Below are positions 40,220 through 50,244 of a DNA stretch of 64,000 nucleotides, one piece after another. The stretch's first letter is position 1, and every line of letters begins with the position of its first letter. The notes under the pieces were generated by a model. It was not told the origin of the DNA and did not search any database. It saw only the letters and a list, made by a program, of their open reading frames with translations. Position numbers and translations under genes: made by a program. Where the stretch lies: positions 2,368,001 through 2,432,000 of the forward strand of contig OZ253442.1 of NCBI GenBank assembly GCA_965261085.1, read 5' to 3'. This stretch comes from a bacterium. Lineage in GTDB: Bacteria; UBA8248.

Positions 40220-40712
40220 TAGGGCGGACAAGGTTCAGAACGGGTGCGGCCAGCAATCGCCAGTCTTCACCATGCCGCTGATTGTGTCGACAGGCGATCC
40301 CTTGAAAATGCGTGTCTTATCATCTGTAAATGTGTCTGTTGACCTCCGTAGTGGAGCGGTTGTGCGGGCGGATACGGATTTGATCGCTCCTCCCGGCCGC
40401 CTCCACGCGGTGGCGAGCGCGAGTGCTGCTGGCCTGTGGGTGTAGACTAAGAGACCTGATGACGGTTCCGCTCCAGCGAGGCGTCGCGCACGGCCTTTTC
40501 GAGTAACCGGAGCAGCGTCAGTACCTTCGCCGAGCGGTACACGATGAAGGCGGCCCGGTACCCGAACGGCCGAGACCGCTTGAGGGTTCGGTTCGCCGTG
40601 GGCGAATAGAGGAGAACTGAAGGGGCGCCCGCATCGGACGGAGGGAAGCGGACGGCCTGGCGACGTTCACGGGTAGGGGATCGGATGTGTGTAAGAAAGA
40701 AGGAGCACAACG

Positions 40713-41459
40713 GTGTGTGACAAAGGAACCGACGGCACCGTGAGCAGCGATCTATCGTGGTTCGAATCACTCCCAGACGACCGGTCTTGGGACTCATTGT
40801 GGAGTGGGTACATTCGTTGCGCTTGCGGCGGAATCCGCACTACAGAGGCGCATTGCCCCGTATGCGGCGAGGACCCAACAATTTCGGACTGGGTGATTGT
40901 GCACGATACTGACGGCAAGGAGTACCGTGTGCCGTCCGCCTTTATGGGCGCTGAGGGCAGGTATGAGGATTGGATCTACCTGCGAATGCTGGAACGGGAG
41001 TGGTCAAGGCCCGTCGAGGCGGACCTGTATGACTTGATCCCGGAGAACCATCGCCCTTCCGCGCGAGCGATAGTCGTGCTGGTGTTCTGGAGCTACTTCG
41101 AGACGCGAATCGAAAGGCTTTTTCGGGAAACGGGGAAGGGGGTGCCCGAGAAAGTGATGGACCACCTTCTGGATCGCCATTCCTTCGTCGGCACGCGGAT
41201 GGACAGGCTCTACAAGGTGGTTTTCTCAACGACGTACCGAGCCGATCTCAACGACCTCGGGTACAGCAAAGTGGCGGCGCTCCTAAAAAAGGTTGAAAAG
41301 TGTCGAAACAGGTTCACTCACGGCCAACCGGAAGCAATTGACGACGCACTGGTCGAAGAGCTTGTGGCGGGTCTGAAGGAAGAACATGAGGGTTGGATCG
41401 CCGTCTTCAACAGGCGGCTGAAGGAAGCGCTCAAGCGATCGGCAACACTGCAAGGCTGA
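40713..41459 (+). CDS. Zn-ribbon plus HEPN-like domain protein
   Basis: CACGG...CPVC; WSYFETRI; RNRFTH (RxxxxH). Confidence 0.65.
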   Translation: MCDKGTDGTVSSDLSWFESLPDDRSWDSLWSGYIRCACGGIRTTEAHCPVCGEDPTISDWVIVHDTDGKEYRVPSAFMGAEGRYEDWIYLRMLEREWSRPVEADLYDLIPENHRPSARAIVVLVFWSYFETRIERLFRETGKGVPEKVMDHLLDRHSFVGTRMDRLYKVVFSTTYRADLNDLGYSKVAALLKKVEKCRNRFTHGQPEAIDDALVEELVAGLKEEHEGWIAVFNRRLKEALKRSATLQG

Positions 41460-41464
41460 TTGTT

Positions 41465-41592
41465 ATTCGGCGCACCGATTCGAGCGCGAGATACGCATAG
41501 TGCGCCATGGTCTCGATTTGTCTGTGGCCCAGCAGACGCCCGATCATAGGCAGGCCCTCGTCCAGCGCCAGTGCGCGGCTGGCGTACGAATG
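41465..41592 (-). pseudogene. Integrase 3'-end fragment
   Basis: Manual translation HSYASRALALDEGLPMIGRLLGHRQIETMAHYAYLA. Confidence 0.85.
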
Positions 41593-42054
41593 GTACAAAT
41601 TCGCTTTTCAGGGCAGTATCATCCTGAATGGTACCGATAATATCAGAGTTCTGGGAAACTCTTCACTTGAATTTCCGGTGAAAGTAGTAACCAAGTGGGG
41701 AATTAGCCAGCGTTGGCCGATATTATCGGGGGTGCGATTGCCTTGTGTGGTTGCATCATTGCTCTCTTTTAAATTCGAATTATTGTTCGATGTCGCTGAA
41801 AGACGAAACAAACAGTTGAGAGGTTGGTAACTAGTGGCTTGTCAAAGTGAATTTGATGATTTGAAACGTTCTCATTTCAATGCGAAAAGGTTTTTTGGAT
41901 TGACGAGAACCCTGGTGTTTCGGGGGTTTCGGGGCAGGCGGTTGATGAGGAAGGAATATGCGAGGTCGAGGGCCATTTGGCGGACGGATGGCGCACAGTT
42001 GTCGAGGGCTGTATCTACACAAACTACGAACATCAATGTACGGAGCGTACCATA

Positions 42055-43155
42055 ATGGCATGCATTGATGATCATCTGCTCGCGCCGAATATCTCAATCG
42101 ATGAGTATGCGCGTCAGTCGCAGATTCAGCTTGGAAGGGATCTTTCAGAAAAACGCGCCGTATATTTGGATACCAAATATTGGATATTGCTCCGCGAAGC
42201 AAACCAGAAAGAGGAAATGGAAAAAGCCGCTATGTTGCTCAAATTACTTCGCGCTGGCGTTTCTAGGGATTTACTTTTCTGTCCGATCAGCGAAGCAGTA
42301 TTCATCGAATTGATGAAACAAAGCGATACGTCTTCGCGCCTTGCGACTGCGAAACTAATCGACGAACTCAGTTTGGGTGTCACCTTAATTAGAGAGGAAG
42401 AGAGAATTTTCACTGAGATAGAATATCTCATGCTTTCGTCACTGAAACGAAATAACCTCCAACCTTTGGATGACTTAATTTGGTGTAAGCTTAGCTATGT
42501 GCTCGGCTTTCAACACCCTACGAATCCCATGTTCGATGCTAGCACAGACTTGGCAATACAGAAGGCATTCTTCGACCACATGTGCACCATCCCGTTGCAC
42601 GAAATGGTCAGGCTAATCGGCGGTCACGAATTTCCGGGAACTAATCTTGGCAACATCGCTGCTGCCCTGAATAATGGCAATGACGCCCATTCCGATGAGT
42701 TGCGCAGTTTTAAGCAGGCTTATGATGCAGAAGCGAAAGGTCTAGTTGACCAGTTCGGATGCATGGCAGTCGACGTCATGATGTCGTTGGTCCGCGAACA
42801 AGACTCTGCCATCGCTCCATCTGCGATGGACGAACGGGGAGCATCCGAAAACTGGTGGAAGAACTTGCTATTTTTCGCCCTCGAAAGAAATAGGGCACGG
42901 GATGTGCTGCGGACGATAAATATCCTTGCGAGCCTCCATGCTTCGCTTCGCTGGAACAAGGGCCGGCGTTACCGTAACAACGACCTTTTAGATTTCCACC
43001 ATGCAGCCGCCGCGCTAGCTTATTGTGATGCTTTCTTAACTGAGCGTTCTTTATCTACAATGATAACGGAACGGGCCTTAGACAAAATTTACCAGTGCCA
43101 CGTGGCGTGGACAGAGGACGATGCAATAGCGTACTTATCACGCATCGTGCATTGA
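42055..43155 (+). CDS. Hypothetical protein with split PIN-like nuclease motifs
   Basis: VYLDTKYW, FIEL, NDLLDFHHAAAALAYCDAFLTER; visibly more AT-rich. Confidence 0.6.
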   Translation: MACIDDHLLAPNISIDEYARQSQIQLGRDLSEKRAVYLDTKYWILLREANQKEEMEKAAMLLKLLRAGVSRDLLFCPISEAVFIELMKQSDTSSRLATAKLIDELSLGVTLIREEERIFTEIEYLMLSSLKRNNLQPLDDLIWCKLSYVLGFQHPTNPMFDASTDLAIQKAFFDHMCTIPLHEMVRLIGGHEFPGTNLGNIAAALNNGNDAHSDELRSFKQAYDAEAKGLVDQFGCMAVDVMMSLVREQDSAIAPSAMDERGASENWWKNLLFFALERNRARDVLRTINILASLHASLRWNKGRRYRNNDLLDFHHAAAALAYCDAFLTERSLSTMITERALDKIYQCHVAWTEDDAIAYLSRIVH

Positions 43156-43231
43156 TCAACAGTAAGGGAACAGCAGGCCCCTATTAGGTTTGATTTGCCT
43201 GATCTTTTCCATGTAACCCATTCATGGAGAG

Positions 43232-43420
43232 ATGACGATAAAGAATTCCGTTTTGTCACTTCCGGGCGGTGATGTTCGCGGGGCCGGAGTTTCAGTCCGC
43301 CGCCTTTGGCCGGATGAAGTGAAGGCGCAGATTGTCTCGGAGAGTTATGCGCCCGGCGTGTTGGTACCAGAGGTTACGCGCCGCCAAGGACTTACGCCGT
43401 AGAACCTGTCAACGTGGCAC
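43232..43420 (+). pseudogene. IS66 TnpA-like HTH remnant
   Basis: RRLWPDEVKAQIVSESYAPG..V.EVTRRQGLTP*NLSTW. Confidence 0.6.
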
Positions 43421-43531
43421 TACCGGAATCGCTCGATTTCGGGAGGTAGTCGACAAGGGCGAAAGTGTCGCGCCAGAAGTTCGATTTATTCCGCCGGAAA
43501 ACCCAAGAACATTGTACAAGTGCAGTGAAGA

Positions 43532-44544
43532 TCATGAGCCGGAAGCATGCCTCCAGTCTTCGCCCAGAATGTGGGTTGCGATACTGTCCGAGATCCGCAC
43601 CGCCGCCTCGTGCACCGAATCCCGCGCGAGATGCGCATAGCGCGCCGTGGTCTCCACCTGGCTGTGGCCCAACAGTTTCCCTATCATGGGGAGAGACTCG
43701 CCGAGCGCCAGGGCCCACGACGCGTAGCTGTGCCTGCAGTCGTGGATTCGCATGTCCTTGATCCCCGCGCGCTCGCAGACGATCTCCCAGGGGTCGTTCA
43801 GGTTGCGCATGGGCCTGCCCTTGACCTTGCCCGGAATGAGGAAGGGATTCTCCGGAACGCGCGGGACGGCCGCCAGGACGCCGGCGGCTTCGGGCGAGAG
43901 CGATATCCTCCGCGGGCCGGTCTTGGTGTCAGGCAACCGGTGCTCTCCCGCCCCGAGGTCCACCTCGTCCCAGCGAAGGTTGAGTATCTCCCCCTTCCGG
44001 CATCCGGTCAGCAGGAGCAGGCGGATAGCCGCCACCGCGTGGACCGAAACCCCCTTGCGGGTCCCGGCCTCGTCGAGCACCCGGCCGAGGCGCCGGAACT
44101 CCTCCCCGGTCAGGAAGCGCTCGCGGGCGCGCTCACGGTACTTGACCACCAGCCGGCACGGGTTGACGGCCTCGGGGATCAGGCCCCGCTCCCCGGCGGC
44201 GTTGTATATCCGCGAGAGCGTGTCCACCACGCGGTTCGCCATGACCGGCGTAGCCCTGAGCTCGTGGTGCAACGCGCTCACATGGGCGTGTCCGACCGCG
44301 AGAGCGGACATTCTACCGAGCGCGGGCAGGATGTGTTTCCGGACGGCCTGTTCGTACATCTCAGCCGTTCTCGGCTTGCACCGCACCGCGACGTGTTCCT
44401 CGAGATACGCCCGGGCGAGTTCCGCCTCGCCCGGTCCCTCGACCGGCGGTTCGGGCACGGGCTCCTCGCCCGCCTTGATCCGCGCGATGAGGAGCGCCGC
44501 CCGCCTGCGCGCCTCGAGATCGTCTTCTTCTCAAACCTCGCCAT
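43532..44544 (-). pseudogene. Integrase 2-like paralog in inverted orientation with the arm domain deleted
   Basis: MARFEKKTISR jumps to ARRRAALLIARIKAG; TGCRKGE, HDCRH, TARY; C-terminus GEDWRHAS as in integrase 2. Confidence 0.85.
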
Positions 44545-44556
44545 ATCCCTTCTCCC

Positions 44557-44699
44557 TCACGCGGAGCCGTTCAGAACGTCCGCCCCGATGCTGCCGCCGA
44601 CCTTCTCGGCGGAGGCCTTCTCCGCATCTCGCGCGGGACTCGGTGCGCGAGACCACGGAGCGCATAGCCGTGAGCATCGCGGCCGACATTCTTGGCTAG
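44557..44699. pseudogene. Back-to-back integrase tails (minus ARDAEKASAEKVGGSIGADV; plus [24 protein letters not shown])
   Basis: The two readings overlap at GCATCTCGCGCG (44624-44635). Confidence 0.75.
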
Positions 44700-45167
44700 G
44701 GCCGGTCGCGTCTCAGGCCGGGGATCACCAGTCGAGGACGATGCCGTTCTACCCCGGGAACCCTTCCGCCGGCCTGGCGATTTGCGCCTCCTGAAACTCA
44801 CGGAAGGCATGCACGGCCCCCTCGTCGGCAACGGCTGTTCGGGAGCGCACATGTACGATCTCGGCGAATGCCGAAGGCGGCGCCGATATCCCTGGCCGCC
44901 GACAAGCATTCCCGACGAACGCCACGGTATTCAACCCGAAACATCCGGCGACGGCGGCTAAGGCCACAGACGGCTCGATGGCCGTCAGCGCGGCAACGAA
45001 AGCCGATATCACAATTCACTCTCCTCTCTGCGAACGTTCCCATTGCCGGCGTCCCGTCCGGATTTGGACGCCTCCGAGAGGCCGAGCCGGGCGGGTCCGG
45101 GGCGAATCCGGTAAGGCCCGAGAGGGTTCCCGCGACGTTCCCATCCCATCCACAGGAGGAGACACCC

Positions 45168-47477
45168 ATGACCCATCCTGAACCAACCATCCGTAACATC
45201 CCGCTGAGCCGGCTGGAACTCGCGCCGGAGAACGTCAGAAAGACGCCGGAAGACCCGGCCTCCTTCGCGGAGCTCAAGGCTTCCATCGCGGCCCACGATC
45301 TGCTGGAGAACTTGATCGTCAGGATAGAGGACCCCGTAGAAGATGGGGTTGAGCGCTGCGCCGTGGTCGCCGGCGGACGCCGCCTGGCCGCCATGAAGGC
45401 TCTTGCCGAAGAGGGCGCGCTCGACGCGGACCACCCCGTGCCCTGCCGTGTGATCGGCGCGGCGGAGAACGCCGGGGAACTCTCCCTCGCCGAGAACGTG
45501 GTGCGTGTCGCCATGCATCCCGCCGACCAGGTGGTAGCTTTCACAAAGCTCGCCGAAGCGGGAGTCGCCGTTTCCGCCATAGCGGCCCGCTTCGGCGTGG
45601 CGGAACGCCTGGTCGAACAGCGCCTGAGGCTCGGCGGCGTGGCGCCTGAACTGCTCGACGCCTACCGCGCGCAGGAGATGGACCTCGACACCCTGAAAGC
45701 CTTCACGGTTACGACCGACCACGCCCGCCAGAGGACGGCCTGGGAGCAGGTGAAGGAGCAGGGCTATCGCCCGAGCGGCTGGCAGGTGAGGCGCATGCTG
45801 ACCGAAGAGAGCGTGCCCGCCGTCTCGGCCGTTGCGCGGTTCGTGGGTGAAGAGGCCTATGAGGCGGCGGGCGGTACGCTCACGCGGGACCTGTTCGCCG
45901 GAGAGGACGGGAGCGGGACATGGTACGACGACCCCGCGCTCCTGAACGAGCTCGCGACGGAAAAGCTTCATGTGGCGGCGGACGAACTCAAAAAACGCTG
46001 GAAGTGGGCCGAGGCGGTCCTCGATACCGACTGGAGCGCTATCGCGGGCTTCGGGCGGATATCCCCCGAGCCGGCCGCGCCCACCGAGGAGGAGAAGGCC
46101 GAGCGGGAGAGCCTGCGCGTCCGCCAAGACGAACTCGCAGATCTGGATGACGACGAGTGGACCGAGGAACTCGCCTGCGAGGTCGAAGGGATCGAGTCGC
46201 GCCTCCGTACGATTGATGAGGCCGTGGAAGCGCGGGCCGCGTTCCGCGAGCAGGATTTCGCGATAGCGGGCTGCATCTCCACGGTCGGCCACGACGGCAG
46301 GCTCAAGGTCGTCGAGGGTCTCGTCAGACCCGAAGACATGCCGGAACGGACGGACGCAGGCGGCGAGGACGATGGAACGGACCCGGGCCGCGTGGACGCT
46401 TCGGCGATCACGGAACCCCTCGCGGCTCCCCCCGACCCGCGCGCGAAGGTCCGCGAGGAGACCGGGATCGGTATCGGACTCGCGGACGATTTGCGCGCCG
46501 TCCGCACGACGCTGGTCAAGGCGCACTTGTCCGGGGATTTCGAGGCGGCCTTCGACCTGGCGCTCTTCCAGATCGCACGCGCCGTCTTCAAGGTAGGCTA
46601 CCGGGCCGACGCGCTCGACATCGCCTTCAGGGAGACTGCAGAGCGGCCGCCGACTCGGGCTAGCGACGAGGAGTTCGCCGCCTGGAGTCCGGGCGAGGCC
46701 ATGCTCGCCGATCGTTCGGGACTCTCCCTGGACTGGATGGAACTCGAGGACGAGGGCGAGTCCTTCGCGAAGATGCGGGCGCTTACCCTTGAGGAGAAAC
46801 AGTCCCTGTTCGCGGCCGCAATCGCGCGCACGCTCAAGGGCCAGCTCGCCTTCGAACCCGGCGCCCGGCCCGAACTCGAGGCCACGGTCGCGCGCCTGGA
46901 TATCGATTTTGCGAAACACGTGCGTCCCGCCGCCGCGATGTTCTGGTCGCGCATCAGGAAAGACCGCATCCTCGCCGTCGCGCGCGCGACGCTTGGTCCC
47001 GTCTGGGCCTCGGCGCGCGCGAAGTACAAGAAGGCGGACTTGGCCCGCGCGATGGAGGAAGCCTTCGCCGCCGACCCGCCCGCAGGACTTAAGCCCAAGG
47101 CCCGGGCCGCCGCCCTCGCCTGGACGCCGCCCGGATTCGCGCCCTTCGACTCAGGATCCATGGAAGAGGCCGGAGGGGACGAGGGCATCCCGCCGGACGG
47201 TGAACCCGGACCGACCACGGCCACGGATGCCGTCGATGACGAGGCGTCCGATACTGTCAGTGGCGACGCTGCCACCGACGTGAAATCCGGTCCCTCCGCA
47301 GAAGATACCGCGGGAGGCGACGCTCAGGCTCCAACAGAACTCGCTCGCGCGGTCGATGCCCTGAACGCGGTCCCCACCGCTGACGGGAGTCCGAGGGTGA
47401 TCGTGCATGGGATCGATCTCGCAAACGGCCAGGGCGGCGAGGGAATCGACCTCCCCGAATTCCTGCGCGGCGACTGA
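45168..47477 (+). CDS. ParB/RepB/Spo0J family protein of ICE/plasmid type
   Basis: NVRK, LLENL, VVAGGRRL, SLAENVVR..MHPADQ, HTH, RDLF; AGGAG SD. Confidence 0.9.
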   Translation: MTHPEPTIRNIPLSRLELAPENVRKTPEDPASFAELKASIAAHDLLENLIVRIEDPVEDGVERCAVVAGGRRLAAMKALAEEGALDADHPVPCRVIGAAENAGELSLAENVVRVAMHPADQVVAFTKLAEAGVAVSAIAARFGVAERLVEQRLRLGGVAPELLDAYRAQEMDLDTLKAFTVTTDHARQRTAWEQVKEQGYRPSGWQVRRMLTEESVPAVSAVARFVGEEAYEAAGGTLTRDLFAGEDGSGTWYDDPALLNELATEKLHVAADELKKRWKWAEAVLDTDWSAIAGFGRISPEPAAPTEEEKAERESLRVRQDELADLDDDEWTEELACEVEGIESRLRTIDEAVEARAAFREQDFAIAGCISTVGHDGRLKVVEGLVRPEDMPERTDAGGEDDGTDPGRVDASAITEPLAAPPDPRAKVREETGIGIGLADDLRAVRTTLVKAHLSGDFEAAFDLALFQIARAVFKVGYRADALDIAFRETAERPPTRASDEEFAAWSPGEAMLADRSGLSLDWMELEDEGESFAKMRALTLEEKQSLFAAAIARTLKGQLAFEPGARPELEATVARLDIDFAKHVRPAAAMFWSRIRKDRILAVARATLGPVWASARAKYKKADLARAMEEAFAADPPAGLKPKARAAALAWTPPGFAPFDSGSMEEAGGDEGIPPDGEPGPTTATDAVDDEASDTVSGDAATDVKSGPSAEDTAGGDAQAPTELARAVDALNAVPTADGSPRVIVHGIDLANGQGGEGIDLPEFLRGD

Positions 47478-47498
47478 CCTGCAAACACCTCGGACACG

Positions 47499-47539
47499 GC
47501 GCCTCGCAGGCGACAGCCTGCGGGGCGCTTTTTCGTTTT
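47499..47539 (+). terminator. Intrinsic terminator after parB
   Basis: GCGCCTCGCAGG-loop-CCTGCGGGGCGC followed by TTTTTCGTTTT. Confidence 0.75.
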
Positions 47540-47561
47540 CACGCCAAAGGGAGTCCAAGAC

Positions 47562-49286
47562 ATGAACCACACAACAAATGTTTCGCCGCACCCTGAGCGG
47601 ATCCGCGCCCGGGTCTTCGAGGGCGCGCTCAGGCGCGTCACGAGGATGTACGCCGCAGGACTCGCCGATGTCTTCAACGAGACGCTCCAGAACAGCCGCA
47701 GGGCCTGCGCCACGCGTGTCCGCGTCACAATCGAGGACACGGAAGGCGCCCTGTCGGTCACCGTAACCGACGACGGGGCCGGGATCGCCGACCCCGCGGT
47801 GCTCCTCTCGTTCGGTGAGAACGGCTGGAGCGAGGACCTCGCGCGCCGCGAGGACGCGGCCGGGATGGGATTTTTGAGCCTTGCGCGCCGTGGCTGCACG
47901 GTTGTTTCCAGACCGCGTTCCGATGGTGGCGAGACGGCCCCGGCTTGGCGCGTCGATCTCACGCCCGCCCACTTCCTGGGAGAGGAAGAGGCGGACATCC
48001 TCTTAGGTGCTAACGCGCCCCGGCCCCACGGGACGGCGGTGCGCTTCCGTACGGAAGAGGCCCGCGAAGCGGTCCGGCGCACGCTCGAGAACGCGGCCCG
48101 GCATTACCCGCTCCCGGTCACGCTGGACGGCGAGGCCGTCCCGCGCAGGGCCTTTCTCGATAGCGCCGCGCACACCGAGTCCTGGCGCGGCCTCAAATTC
48201 GGCGTCTTCACAGGCCGTAGCCGCTACCGCGACGAGCCGGACCTCAACTTCCACGGCCTGATCGTCCCGGTCCGCCTGCCCACGGTCCATCCGGTCGACG
48301 GCCCCGCCTGGTCGGTACGCGCCGATGTCCAGGACTGTCCCGAACTCGAACTCGTGCTGCCGGCGAGAAAGGAGGCGGTCGAGACGCCCTTCCTGGAGGA
48401 GATGCGAGAAGCCGCGCGCACCGCGGTCTACCGGGCGATGGCCAAGACCGATCCCGCGCCGGTCGTCGCATTCGAGGAGTGGAAGCGCGCGCGGGCGGCC
48501 GGGGTCGAACTGCCGGTACCGGCGCCTGTACTCCGCCCCTGGCGACCTCCCGTCGCCGATATCGACAACTGGCTCGCAGGACCGTCGCCGGAACCCCTGC
48601 CCGAAGACGCACTCCTGATGGATTTGTCCCTCGAACCCCCCGAAGCACAGGAGCTCTGGCGCGCCTCAGAGCGCGGCGGCATGGCCGGGAGGCTCTTCGA
48701 GGCCGACCGCAGGTTCGAAGGATATGCCTGGTACGACGCGCTCCCCCGCATCACCGGTGTCGAGACCCGAATCGTGGGCAACGGGGAAACCCGTCCGCTC
48801 GAAGACTACCGGACGCCGCCCGATCGGTCAGGACCGTCCAATGAGCCTCTCCCAAGGCCGGACGCGATCCGCATGAGCCTGGGCGTCGAGTTCCCGGACG
48901 GCACGGGCGAGACACTGGCGCTCGATGCCGACATCGCCTTCGCCGGAGAGGCATGGGCCTGGCTCGCAGACGTCCGGCCGCTGGTCACGGCGGGCAGCGA
49001 CATCGAACCGGCCGAACTCGCCGACGTCCTGCGCGACGCCTTCTTCTCGCCCTCCGACGAGGCGGACGCGGACAGCTGGGAGACCCAGCGAACACGCTTC
49101 GAGGAGGAAGCCACCCACCTGGCTATCGGTCTCTTGTGCTCGGAAGAGGAGGCGCTCAGGCGCACGATCGCAGAGGCCGTGCGCCGCGAACTCTCCTGGC
49201 TCATGCCGCGGGACAGCGAGGTCACCATCACCGTTCGTCGTGGAGAGGTCTACGTCGGGTTCGCCGCCGGGGAGGCCTCGCGATGA
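47562..49286 (+). CDS. GHKL (HATPase)-domain protein
   Basis: ETLQNSRRA, DDGAGI, AAGMGF, HGT.V Bergerat-fold motifs. Confidence 0.8.
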   Translation: MNHTTNVSPHPERIRARVFEGALRRVTRMYAAGLADVFNETLQNSRRACATRVRVTIEDTEGALSVTVTDDGAGIADPAVLLSFGENGWSEDLARREDAAGMGFLSLARRGCTVVSRPRSDGGETAPAWRVDLTPAHFLGEEEADILLGANAPRPHGTAVRFRTEEAREAVRRTLENAARHYPLPVTLDGEAVPRRAFLDSAAHTESWRGLKFGVFTGRSRYRDEPDLNFHGLIVPVRLPTVHPVDGPAWSVRADVQDCPELELVLPARKEAVETPFLEEMREAARTAVYRAMAKTDPAPVVAFEEWKRARAAGVELPVPAPVLRPWRPPVADIDNWLAGPSPEPLPEDALLMDLSLEPPEAQELWRASERGGMAGRLFEADRRFEGYAWYDALPRITGVETRIVGNGETRPLEDYRTPPDRSGPSNEPLPRPDAIRMSLGVEFPDGTGETLALDADIAFAGEAWAWLADVRPLVTAGSDIEPAELADVLRDAFFSPSDEADADSWETQRTRFEEEATHLAIGLLCSEEEALRRTIAEAVRRELSWLMPRDSEVTITVRRGEVYVGFAAGEASR

Positions 49287-49768
49287 AAAAGTCCTGGACG
49301 GTCCGGTGCGGACATACGGCCCGCTTCGCCAAAACGCTCATCGTGGAAGCGGAGACGATCGAGGAGGCGCTCGAAAAGGCCGTCGAGACCGCCAACGCCG
49401 ATGATGACCGGCGTCCGCCCGGCGGTTGCAGCAGGATTTTCGTGGACGCCGTATGCGAGGGCGTCCACACCGATCCCGGCGATCCGGACGCGGCGTGCCC
49501 GGTTCCCGACCGGTTCACCGAGCGGGGCGAGCCGCCAGTCCTCACCCTGACAGACCCCGGCCGGCCGGGCGGAGGCGCAATCGAGGTTTCCGGGGGCCGG
49601 GTTCTCCTCCGCTTCCAGAACTCTGAGGCCACGATCACGAGTGAGCTTGCCGATCCGCCCCATCCGCCCGGCAACAAGCCGCTCGTGACGATCCGCCGCC
49701 GCGACGACGGCGCGCCCGACGTCACCGTGACCGGGGGCCGGGCGCGGGTGCGGGTTCTCGGCTTCTGA
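49283..49768 (+). CDS. Hypothetical protein
   Basis: MKKSWTV start, ATGA overlap with the GHKL gene, GGAGG SD. Confidence 0.6.
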   Translation: MKKSWTVRCGHTARFAKTLIVEAETIEEALEKAVETANADDDRRPPGGCSRIFVDAVCEGVHTDPGDPDAACPVPDRFTERGEPPVLTLTDPGRPGGGAIEVSGGRVLLRFQNSEATITSELADPPHPPGNKPLVTIRRRDDGAPDVTVTGGRARVRVLGF

Positions 49769-49823
49769 ACCCCGCGCAGACTCGTCGTTTCACATCCACC
49801 TCGCATCCAAGGAGAACCCACCG

Positions 49824-50210
49824 ATGGAACTCGTCACACCCGAGCAGCGCGAACAACTTATCGCAAACGGCGCCAAGCGGGGCGCCGACCACGTCCCCGT
49901 CCTCAAGCTGTTCAACCCCTGCGGCGCGGGCACCTGGCTCGTGACCGAACTCGACACCGAGGACACATCCATCGCCTTCGGACTCGCGGACTTAGGCTTC
50001 GGCACACCGGAAATCGGGAGCTTCAGTCTCGAAGAGTTGAATGCCTTCCAGGGGCCGTTCGGCCTCGGTATCGAGCGCGACCTTTATTTCGAGGGGAAGT
50101 TCACCCTCGCCGTCTACGCCGAGGCCGCACGCGCCGCCGGCCGCATCGTCGAATACGGCCCCGAACATGACGCCGCCGCCGGACGCCGGGGCCCGGCCGT
50201 CATCCGCTGA
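49824..50210 (+). CDS. DUF2958 domain protein
   Basis: PVLKLFNP.GAGTWLVTE, FGLADLG.G.PE.G, IERDLYF. Confidence 0.88.
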   Translation: MELVTPEQREQLIANGAKRGADHVPVLKLFNPCGAGTWLVTELDTEDTSIAFGLADLGFGTPEIGSFSLEELNAFQGPFGLGIERDLYFEGKFTLAVYAEAARAAGRIVEYGPEHDAAAGRRGPAVIR

Positions 50211-50244
50211 CCGACCCGTTTCCCCATTCATTCTGGAGAGAACC

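Noticed and set aside
26199-44699. Classical integron or RIT element
   Set aside because: No IntI-specific insertion or attC-like sites recognised; the integrases carry arm-binding domains and occur as a pair, not a trio
28580-44699. Integrase repeats as pure assembly artefact
   Set aside because: Copies differ at many synonymous and non-synonymous positions and one is split by an IS; long-read confirmation is still advisable
45009-46919. Long antisense ORFs (e.g. 45009..46919, 53668..55167, 11355..12737, 29288..30430)
   Set aside because: Shadow frames of high-GC genes with no recognisable motifs
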